NCBI RefSeq assembly: GCF_000008565.1
Contig: NC_000959.1
Location: forward strand, 31,354 to 45,596
DNA: 14,243 nt
Source: Deinococcus radiodurans R1 = ATCC 13939 = DSM 20539
GTDB lineage: Bacteria > Deinococcota > Deinococci > Deinococcales > Deinococcaceae
Direction: 5' to 3'
Position numbers and translations under genes: made by a program. The notes beneath the pieces were generated by a model. It had not been told where the DNA came from, made no database searches, and saw only the letters and a list, made by a program, of their open reading frames with translations. Below, one piece after another: positions 1-6,373 of the stretch. The first letter of the stretch is position 1. Each line of letters opens with the position of its first letter.

Positions 1-186
1 CTCGCTTTTGGGTTTCCAGGGTGGGTCTTTGCTCGGCGGTTGATTGGAGTTGCGGCTATCCAGACCAAGAAGGGCTTGAATAGCCCGCAGCTCGGCTTGC
101 AATGCGGCGACTTCAGCCTGGAGGCGAGTCACCTCGGCAGCAAGTCGTTCGCAGTTGGGACAGGTCTCTTGCGTGATGCCCCTACT
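1..186 (-). CDS. IS66-family transposase, N-terminal fragment (continues beyond the left edge)
   Basis: The minus-strand frame is open from 186 to 1 and reads [63 protein letters not shown] CxxC, a heptad Leu/Ala coiled coil and an NS-N-PPS-D-KP block match the leucine-zipper N-terminus of IS66-type TnpC as I remember it. A TAG lies immediately upstream (187-189). There is no ATG in the open stretch and the first GTG is at 132-130, so the start is unresolved. A GTAA-type terminus (plus strand ttac at 225-228) could be the IS end. Confidence 0.5.
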
Positions 187-592
187 CTACCCGTTTCCGC
201 TTCGCAAGTCCCCCTGCTGAGCAGTTACCAAATGTATATCCGATAGAATGTTAAGCAGTAATAACACAAATGTCTACTTGCGCTTCGGCATGTTAGGGGC
301 TATGCTCATCATTAACCCGGAGGTCACCGAGTAGCAGACCAAAGGGAACACCCCCCGGGTGGATTCGCCGTCCATTATCCCAGAGGGTGCTCACCACTAG
401 TTGATTTTTGACCGCTAAGAGCGGTGGCTTTCGCCTATGCCCATGTTACGCGCCATGGGCGTTTCGGTCAATGTATCGAACACCTTCAGTCGAGGGAAGC
501 GCGTCGGAGCAGGAAATGAAAGCAGTTCAGGCTGAGTTCAGCGGTTTTGGCCGGGGTGTCCTCCATCGTGGAGGAAAAACTGGAGGCGGGCT

Positions 593-1891
593 ATGAGCAG
601 GTCTCTGACCCCAGCGGAGGCAGAGCAGCTCTCCTATGAAAACTCGCGGCGCTTACAACTGGCGGCTCAGGCCAGGATGCTGCGGGGTGAGTCAGGTCCC
701 TTGCCGCCTCCAGCGGTGCGTCAGGTGCCACAGAAGCCAGAGCCGCCCACCCTGGACACCATCAAGGCGGAGAACGAAGAAAAAATCGAGGCGCTCAAGA
801 AGTTGGGCCTCTACCGCAAGACTCCCCGGATGCGTCCGGTCATCAGCGGCTACAAGCCCCGCAAGACTTGGCGTCCCACGGTCTTTCCTCACCAGCCGGG
901 CCAGTACCTGACCAAGCTCAGTCGCTCGGTCAGCCGGGAGTGGAGACAGATTCTCCTGAGCGTCAGCACGGCCAGTCTGTCGGGTGGCAAGCTGACGGGT
1001 TCGCAGGGGCGCAATCTCATTCGTATCGTCGAGGAGTTGCGGAAGCACTGCTTCATGCGGGTGGACGCCGAAGGCAAGCCTGTGGAGGTCAGGGAGCAGG
1101 TGGTGCAGGTGGTGGATGGGGAAGACTTCTGCTTTGCCCGGGAGTGTGGGCTGAGTCCCAGGAGCTTTTACCGGGCGCTGAATCATCCGCTGGCCCATCT
1201 CTTCATTCGGACGCAGAAGGTGCAGTACGTCGAGGCAGAGACGCGGGCGAGGCGCAACTGCGCCACGCTCTTCAGCGTAGCCCTGTACGAGCCGCTGATG
1301 CCGGAGGTGTTGGAAGATGCCTACTGGGAAGAGCCGGTGGAGCTAGAGGAGAATTTCGTCGTCCCAGACTTTAACTGCCAAGATGGCGGAACTAAAAGAC
1401 GACCCCTACAGAATCAAAAACAAAAGGCAAATTGTGGAAAACTCACCGCCCTACTCGGGGGGTCGTCCGCCAACGCACTCAGCGGAGAAGCCCGGCAAGA
1501 CTTCCTGGGCTGGATTGACAGCGCACGCCTGGTCACAAAGGCGGCGGATGCTCCTTACCATGATGCCTATGACGCCAATTTGGGCGGTTGTCTAGACAGA
1601 TTGCGAGATACCAACCCTGGACTCTTTGAATTTGCTGTCCAAATCGCCATTCATCACGACAACCCCAAGGTGCACGAGATAGCTGTGGTGGGCTACTACA
1701 AGGCCCTGATTCACCTGGGGGTCAAACGGGTCCGCTACTGGGTCCAGCGGGTCGAGAAGTACCGCCTCCAGAAGCAGCGCGTCGACAATCCCGGCAAACT
1801 GCTGACGTATCACCTCAACAAGGAGGCTAGGAAGAGAACAGGCTTTGGCCTCAGCGACCTGGGCACAGAACCAGGGCACTACATCAGTTAG
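593..1891 (+). CDS. hypothetical protein (432 aa) with a helix-turn-helix-like segment; function unknown
   Basis: Long ORF. The ATG at 593 is preceded by GGAGG (582-586) with a 6-nt spacer. The segment FARECGLSPRSFYRALNH resembles an HTH. I recognise no catalytic motif. The overlapping ORFs in other frames look like high-GC shadows. Confidence 0.75.
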   Translation: MSRSLTPAEAEQLSYENSRRLQLAAQARMLRGESGPLPPPAVRQVPQKPEPPTLDTIKAENEEKIEALKKLGLYRKTPRMRPVISGYKPRKTWRPTVFPHQPGQYLTKLSRSVSREWRQILLSVSTASLSGGKLTGSQGRNLIRIVEELRKHCFMRVDAEGKPVEVREQVVQVVDGEDFCFARECGLSPRSFYRALNHPLAHLFIRTQKVQYVEAETRARRNCATLFSVALYEPLMPEVLEDAYWEEPVELEENFVVPDFNCQDGGTKRRPLQNQKQKANCGKLTALLGGSSANALSGEARQDFLGWIDSARLVTKAADAPYHDAYDANLGGCLDRLRDTNPGLFEFAVQIAIHHDNPKVHEIAVVGYYKALIHLGVKRVRYWVQRVEKYRLQKQRVDNPGKLLTYHLNKEARKRTGFGLSDLGTEPGHYIS

Positions 1892-2073
1892 CCGTCCACC
1901 CTTCTAGAGGTGGCTACAGGTCTTGATGGGCTTCTATCCCTAATCATACGGGGCCGAACTATTCTTTAGAGATAAGTTTTTGCTAGAACAATCTGCAACA
2001 GTTTCTAAAGCCAAATAGAACGACTAAAGTTTACTTCATCCTAGTATCAGCTAGCATTCTATCTATGATGGCG

Positions 2074-2412
2074 CCTTCAGTAGGTGACAACTTCGCTTTC
2101 AGCGGTTCCTGGCGGGCAAAAAGCCCGGATTAACACCTCTAGGAGCGCCATGAACTGTTTGGGTTTCCACCGTAGGGCATCCACGAGATGCTGAGCACCG
2201 TGTCGCACCAGACTGACCGCTCTCCGACCATGTTTCAGAACGGGGATGGGCCAGGTCTGGCTGAGCCAGACCCCAAGTCGCGGACAGAATATCCAAGCCA
2301 ACGTCACCAGGCCGAAGAGTCGCTGTAGACGGCTCCTTTCCGTCATTCCAGGCCGATCCAGGTCAAAGCCCCGCTTCTTGAAGCTGCTAAAGGTGCACTC
2401 GATTGACCAGCG
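2074..2412 (-). mobile_element. IS4-family remnant: only the 3' end of a transposase gene plus its terminal inverted repeat
   Basis: Terminal repeat TCAGTAGGTGACAACTTC at 2077-2094 is the exact reverse complement of 3599-3616. The minus-strand translation of 2413->2077 is RRWSIECTFSSFKKRGFDLDR...FCPPGTAESEVVTY*, the C-terminal Y-x2-R-x3-E-x6-K region of IS4 transposases. The segment stops abruptly at 2412/2413, where the next IS copy begins. Confidence 0.7.
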
Positions 2413-3609
2413 CCTCAGTAGGTGACAATTCGTCTCCAGCCGCGCCTGGCGGGCAGAAAGGACGGGTGAGCAGTTCCAGGAAAGCCCTGAATCGTTCGGG
2501 TTTCCAACGCAGGGCCTCCACGAGATGCTGAGCGCCGTGCCGCACCAGGCTGACCGCCTTACGACCATGTTTTAGGACGGGGATGGGCCAGGTCTGGCCG
2601 AGCCAGACCCCCAAACGCAAACAGAACATCCAGGCCAGCGTCACCAGGCCGAAGAGTCGCTGCAGACGTCTTCTTTCTGTGATTCCAGTGCGTTCCAGGT
2701 CGAAGTCTCGCTTCTTGAAGCTGCTGAAGGTGCACTCTATCGACCAGCGCTGCTTGTAGAGCTTCCAGGTCTTCCGAGCACTGAAATCGGTAGCGATGAT
2801 GAGAGGTCACCCCCAGGTGACCTCGTCGCCACCACGCGCATCAGTTCCCCGAACACGAACACCTTTTCGCCGATCTCGTGGAAATGACCGTGCTGGACAT
2901 GTTCGAACCATTCTTTCCCACTCATGTCGTCCAGCATGTCGCTGTGCCGAATGCGGATCGCCCGCTTGATGCCATGACGACGGAGAAACCGGAACCATTC
3001 CGCACCGATGAACTCACGATCTGCCACCAGGCCCAGCCAGCGTTTCGCTGGCAAGGCCCGAAGAAGCTTCAATACCAGCCACATCCGGGCGTAGGTGTGA
3101 CTGTTCCCGGACTCGTCAAGGGGCACCCAGATCAGCGGCAGAGTGAAGCCGTGAACCACGGCTCCGAGCACCAGAAAGTTGATCGGGGTCTCGCCATGCT
3201 CCCAGTTCGTGCGGTCCAGGCTCAGCAAGACCTTTCCTGGTGGCAGGTGGACGACGAGCAGAGCGATGAAAAAGCCCATGTCCAGCTGCTCATCCCGGAA
3301 GGTGCGGTCTGCTCGTCTCTTCTTGCCCTGTGGGGTACTCATCCCCGGCATATGGGCACTCAAGTCGTGATGATTGACGCTCCTCGCGGCAATCATCGCC
3401 AGGAGGACATCGATGAGCCGCTGGAGCGTGTCGATGCGGAGGTGACTGGCGTGCGTTTTGAAGTGCCGGGTGAGTACGGTAGCCTGCTGAGCAGCGGATT
3501 CTGTTGATTTCACACTCCCAGGACACCGCAAACAGTCGGCCCCATCAAGCTTGATGGGGCCGACTGTTGGTTTTCTCCGTCTGGGACGAGGGTAAACTGA
3601 AGTTGTCAC
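2387..3609 (-). pseudogene. IS4-family DDE transposase, frameshifted
   Basis: The 290-aa ORF (2737-3609) carries D and D motifs. The E/YREK part (LIIATDFSARKTWKLYKQRWSIECTFSSFKKR...) continues in another frame. The switch lies near the C5 run and small inverted repeat GGTCACCCCCAGGTGACC at 2804-2821. A second 1-nt loss in the terminal repeat removes the normal stop, so the frame reads out of the element to 2387. The likely true start is the GTG at about 3512 (VKSTESAAQQ...), downstream of the 38-bp palindrome. Confidence 0.75.
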
Positions 3610-3618
3610 CTACTGAGG
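2413..3618 (-). mobile_element. IS4-family insertion sequence (about 1.2 kb), degenerate
   Basis: Inverted termini are CCTCAGTAGGTGACAA-TTC (2413-2431, one base missing) and GAAGTTGTCACCTACTGAGG (3599-3618). The element encodes a DDE transposase with LSLDRTNW, LVADREF and YKQRWSIECTFSSFKKR motifs. Confidence 0.8.
3531..3568. repeat. perfect 38-bp palindrome inside the IS4 end
   Basis: AACAGTCGGCCCCATCAAG / CTTGATGGGGCCGACTGTT, 19+19 nt with no mismatch, followed on the plus strand by GGTTTTCT. It lies between the IS terminus and the probable transposase start. Confidence 0.9.
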
Positions 3619-3685
3619 TCAACCCCTAATCGCCATTAAAGGTGTGCTAAATTGCTGTCATATCAAAAACGAAGGAGGTGAGAAA

Positions 3686-3766
3686 ATGCACTTTAAACCT
3701 ACTTTTGAGGTTATGGAGACGAATCCATGCAATGGAACCGTACTGCGCCGACCAGTGGTCGTGTGA
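3686..3766 (+). CDS. small ORF, 26 aa (MHFKPTFEVMETNPCNGTVLRRPVVV); candidate RiPP precursor peptide
   Basis: Not in the supplied ORF track because it is too short. AAGGAGGTG at 3672-3680 lies 5 nt before the ATG at 3686; TGA is at 3764-3766. It has the same orientation as the downstream maturase genes. The N-terminal F-KP-x-F-E resembles the W-x-KP-x-F leader motif of PqqA-type peptides. There is a single Cys and a VVV C-terminus. Confidence 0.5.
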   Translation: MHFKPTFEVMETNPCNGTVLRRPVVV

Positions 3767-3867
3767 TGAGCGAGCTGAAAGCTGAACAGCAGCCCGCTAC
3801 GATTAGTCCTGCTGAACTTCGCAAAGTTCGTGCTGCCATTAAGGCAGCAGTAGCTCAGGCCAAGTAA
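3766..3867 (+). CDS. small ORF, 33 aa (MSELKAEQQPATISPAELRKVRAAIKAAVAQAK); second candidate precursor or accessory peptide
   Basis: The ATG at 3766 overlaps the stop of the preceding small ORF (TGATG), which suggests translational coupling. It has no Shine-Dalgarno of its own. The sequence is Ala/Lys-rich and probably helical. TAA is at 3865-3867. Confidence 0.35.
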   Translation: MSELKAEQQPATISPAELRKVRAAIKAAVAQAK

Positions 3868-3887
3868 TTGATTCTAAGTAATTGATT
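3863..3887. repeat. 11-bp direct repeat AGTAATTGATT x2 separated by 3 nt
   Basis: Copies at 3863-3873 and 3877-3887 are identical. The first overlaps the TAA stop of the 33-aa ORF. The repeat lies 15 nt before the IS5 insertion point. Confidence 0.8.
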
Positions 3888-3901
3888 GATGTGGGAGCCT
3901 A

Positions 3902-4808
3902 GAGCCTGTCAGTCTAGCAATCTGACTTTTTATAAAAAATATGTAAATAGCATAGTAAGGGTGTCACGGCTGGGTGTAGAACTGGGACATGCTGTCAGAG
4001 CGAAAACCCTACAAGAGCGACCTGGATGACGAAACTTACCTCTTCATCCTGCCTTACTTTCTGCTCGCTCCAGAAGACGCTCACCAGCGCGTCTACCCGA
4101 TACGTGAAGTCCTCAATGCCGCTCTGTGGATTGGCCGCACAGGGAGTCAGTGGGAGTACCTCCCACACGACTTTCCGCCATACAAAATTGTCCATCAGCA
4201 ACTGATGCGGTGGTTTGAACGAGGTTGCTTCGAGAACCTCGCTCACGACCTGCATTCACTGGTTCGCGAGGACGCCCTCAAGGAGGGCGTTCCTACCGTT
4301 GCCATCGTGGATAGCCGCACTCTGCAAAGCACGCCCGAGAGTGGCGGACGTGCTGGATATGACGGTGGAAAGCGTCGTAAGGGCAGCAAAATCCACGCTG
4401 CTGTCGACACGATGGGTAATGTCATGACGTTGCTCGTCACCCCTGGCAATGAGCAAGACCGAGAACAGGTCTATGACTTGTGCCGCGAGGTGCAGCAGGT
4501 CACTGGTGACCACATTGATGTCGTTATCGCCGACCAGGGGTACACCGGAGAGCAGCCGCAGATTGATGCTTCCTTGAACGATGTGGAACTTGTTGTGGTG
4601 AAACGCCCGACTGGAGCGACGGGCTTTGTGCTGCTTCCGTTGCGATGGGTGGTTGAACGGACATTCGCCTGGACAGCACGTTTTCGCCGTCTATCACGTG
4701 ATTTGGAGAGGCTGCAAAGCAGTCTCCTCGGCTTTCACTGGCTCGCGGTATCTGTTACGCTCCTAAACAAATTAAAGCCAATTCTTGGCTCGCTAGCCTG
4801 ACAGCCTC
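3902..4808 (+). mobile_element. IS5-family insertion sequence (about 0.9 kb) flanked by a TA duplication
   Basis: Termini are GAGCCTGTCAG (3902-3912) and CTGACAGCCTC (4798-4808), inverted with 10/11 matching. TA lies on both flanks (3900-3901 and 4809-4810). It contains a single transposase ORF. Confidence 0.75.
3989..4801 (+). CDS. IS5-family DDE transposase (270 aa)
   Basis: The N-terminal [19 protein letters not shown]...[10 protein letters not shown] is typical of IS5/IS427-IS1031-type transposases. DDE context: [44 protein letters not shown]. Confidence 0.9.
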   Translation: MLSERKPYKSDLDDETYLFILPYFLLAPEDAHQRVYPIREVLNAALWIGRTGSQWEYLPHDFPPYKIVHQQLMRWFERGCFENLAHDLHSLVREDALKEGVPTVAIVDSRTLQSTPESGGRAGYDGGKRRKGSKIHAAVDTMGNVMTLLVTPGNEQDREQVYDLCREVQQVTGDHIDVVIADQGYTGEQPQIDASLNDVELVVVKRPTGATGFVLLPLRWVVERTFAWTARFRRLSRDLERLQSSLLGFHWLAVSVTLLNKLKPILGSLA

Positions 4809-4837
4809 TATGTAGGTTTTTACATAGAAACCTACAT
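4808..4837. repeat. two mutually exclusive stem-loops between the IS5 end and the radical SAM gene
   Basis: Stem A: CTATGTA (4808-4814) pairs with TACATAG (4821-4827). Stem B: ATGTAGGTTT (4810-4819) pairs with AAACCTACAT (4828-4837). No U-tract follows either, so this is not a canonical intrinsic terminator. Confidence 0.6.
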
Positions 4838-4880
4838 CAATCCTTACTGAATTAGGGTGAGGCAGAGGAGTATCAATTCT

Positions 4881-6035
4881 ATGGTGGCATTTCTCCGTGG
4901 CCCAACACATGTAGATTTCAATCTAACGAACGGTTGTAATTTGGCTTGCTCTCACTGTCACAGTGCTTCGGGACCGAAACTGGATAACGAGCTTAAAACT
5001 GAAGAGATTCTTCAGACAATCGATGCCCTCCATATCATAGGTGCTTTAAAAATTGCTTTTGCAGGCGGGGAACCTTTTATCAGACGTGACATCTTTAATA
5101 TTCTGAGTCATGCCTGTAGTCTTCCTGGCTGGGGTATTTCAGTGATCACCAACGGTTTTTACCTCAACAGTCTAACAGTAGAAAAACTTAAGGCTCAATG
5201 TCCAAATTTAAGCATCAACATTAGCGTGGATGGTTCGACACCAGCCGGTTACAGCACACTCCGCAAGCAATTGAATCGCCCGGATGCCGATCCTCAACCT
5301 CTGTTTGAACGTGTTCTATCCGGCATCGACAACGTGGTGAGATCTGGCATGAGCAACTCGGTCAACTTCACCATTACCAAAGCCACTCTGCACGACATTG
5401 AAGCTACATATGAACTTGTTGTGGATCGCATAGGTGCCGACAACATGGTGGCGATTAAATTCTTCCCTGGCGGATACGGGAAAGAACATCTGGATCTGTA
5501 CGAAATTCCCTATGACATGTGGGACGAACATTTCGTCGCCTTGACCCGCGCGAAACTTGGAGGGAAACTTGAGCGGCTACAAATCTCGGTTCCGGCAGCC
5601 TGGGAGTTCTACCTGCCGTTGATCAATGCGGGTATTCCGATCGAGGAAGCGGAAGAAGTATGGGGTTACCGCAGCCCACTTAGGGAAGACATGTACGCTC
5701 GCATGCGGGAAGTGGGCGACGTGGCGGGCATTTCGGAACTGTGTATCTCTTCAGACGGCGAGGTGTACCCGTCAGTGCTATTGGTCGGGGAAAAAACGAT
5801 GAGCTGCGGGAACCTGCGCGAGCACTCATTGCAGCGTATCTGGCAGGAATCTTCATGCCTGATGGCTCTGCGAGAGTTGAAGCTCTTCGATCTAAATGGC
5901 AATTGCACAAAGTGCGGGGTAAGGGAGGTATGCGGAGGCGGCTCCCGCTCACGGGCCTTCTCCCGCGAAGGCGACTTCCGTGATATGGACTACGTGTGCC
6001 CGATCGTCGAGGTTCCATTGGTAAGTCACGCATGA
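4881..6035 (+). CDS. radical SAM enzyme with C-terminal SPASM-type domain (peptide-modifying maturase class)
   Basis: CNLACSHC (CxxxCxxC) at 4935-4958, with GGEPF and VITNG motifs. C-terminal cysteine pattern: C..DGEVYPS....C, then CTKCGVREVCGGGS, then a final VCP. I prefer the ATG at 4881 (GGAG at 4867-4870, 10-nt spacer) over the GTG at 4857 used by the ORF track. Confidence 0.9.
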   Translation: MVAFLRGPTHVDFNLTNGCNLACSHCHSASGPKLDNELKTEEILQTIDALHIIGALKIAFAGGEPFIRRDIFNILSHACSLPGWGISVITNGFYLNSLTVEKLKAQCPNLSINISVDGSTPAGYSTLRKQLNRPDADPQPLFERVLSGIDNVVRSGMSNSVNFTITKATLHDIEATYELVVDRIGADNMVAIKFFPGGYGKEHLDLYEIPYDMWDEHFVALTRAKLGGKLERLQISVPAAWEFYLPLINAGIPIEEAEEVWGYRSPLREDMYARMREVGDVAGISELCISSDGEVYPSVLLVGEKTMSCGNLREHSLQRIWQESSCLMALRELKLFDLNGNCTKCGVREVCGGGSRSRAFSREGDFRDMDYVCPIVEVPLVSHA

Positions 6036-6373
6036 AGACAATTTCTCCGCAAGTGCTCAGCTCCGCCTGTACTTCGGTTCGGTACTACAGGGAGGAACAG
6101 GGCTGCGAGATCCGTATTGCCAGCAAAGTCGTGTTCGGTGACGACCAGCTGGCCTGTCTGCTCGATCTTCTGCTGAGCCAGGTAGACGGCGCGACACTCG
6201 TCAAGCGTGTCCATATGCTCATTGGCGGAAAAGAACCGGCGAAATCGGTCGAAGTCGCACTGGGCGTGCTCCAGCAGCTTGAGGACGAGGTCGGCATCAC
6301 AAAATCGGTGTGGCCAAATGCTGCACCACTACTGGCGTTTAGGAACTCGAACGGACTGGACGCGACCCCATGA
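6032..6373 (+). CDS. small PqqD-like protein, putative RiPP recognition element (113 aa)
   Basis: The ATG at 6032 overlaps the radical SAM stop (ATGA). The pattern FGDDQLACLLDLLLSQVDGATLVKRV....SVEVALGVLQQLEDEVGI resembles the PqqD pattern (L-N-x-aa-x-i-l-x-l-x-DG-x-x-v..i ... v-x-x-f-l-x-x-L-x-x-x-g-l). Its position directly after a SPASM radical SAM gene is typical. The assignment is by eye only. Confidence 0.55.
   Translation: MKTISPQVLSSACTSVRYYREEQGCEIRIASKVVFGDDQLACLLDLLLSQVDGATLVKRVHMLIGGKEPAKSVEVALGVLQQLEDEVGITKSVWPNAAPLLAFRNSNGLDATP

Noticed and set aside
40-246. 68-aa plus-strand ORF
   Set aside because: It lies antisense to the much more convincing IS66-like transposase N-terminus. 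It has no ribosome-binding site and a low-complexity translation, so it is a likely shadow ORF.
246-592. Possible structured ncRNA or tRNA-like element in the 350-nt non-coding stretch (small hairpins at about 411-426 and 559-575)
   Set aside because: Only short 5-7 bp stems are visible, with no cloverleaf, T-loop or riboswitch consensus that I can recognise. It is probably the IS66 end plus the leader or promoter of the 593 gene.
408-596. 62-aa plus-strand ORF upstream of the 432-aa gene
   Set aside because: It has no Shine-Dalgarno, starts at a non-ATG codon (TTG), and its translation is Gly/Arg-rich and unremarkable. It ends inside the start codon region of the next gene, so it is more likely 5' leader sequence.
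636-1879. Cluster of overlapping ORFs in other frames and on the other strand (636-911, 692-1198, 868-1374, 889-1077, 1383-1595, 1592-1879)
   Set aside because: All are nested in the 593-1891 ORF. The translations are Arg/Pro/Gly-rich, as is typical of off-frame reading of GC-rich coding DNA.
1940-2070. AT-rich spacer with TAGAAC and CTAAAG words each occurring twice, considered as iterons or an origin
   Set aside because: The spacing is irregular, there are only two copies of each short word, and the neighbouring ORF has no demonstrable Rep identity. The evidence is insufficient.
2077-2568. 163-aa minus-strand ORF taken as an intact gene
   Set aside because: It is chimeric. Only the part encoded by 2077-2413 is genuine transposase C-terminus. 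The N-terminal part is an off-frame read-through of the neighbouring IS copy.
2878-3507. 209-aa plus-strand ORF, plus 3179-3370 and 3290-3526
   Set aside because: These are antisense or off-frame to the IS4 transposase, whose DDE motifs identify the real frame.
4857-4880. GTG 4857 as the radical SAM start
   Set aside because: The ATG at 4881 has a GGAG at suitable spacing, whereas GTG 4857 has none. Both remain possible, which affects only 8 codons.
5996-6031. Track start (5996) for the PqqD-like ORF
   Set aside because: It would overlap the radical SAM gene by 40 nt. The ATG at 6032 gives the ATGA coupling seen at the other junctions.
5316-6300. Minus-strand and off-frame ORFs inside the rSAM and PqqD-like genes (5316-5531, 5666-5908, 5680-6033, 5741-5983, 6026-6214, 6085-6300, 6207-6542, 6392-6577)
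   Set aside because: They overlap ORFs with clear catalytic motifs, and they have no motifs or ribosome-binding sites of their own.
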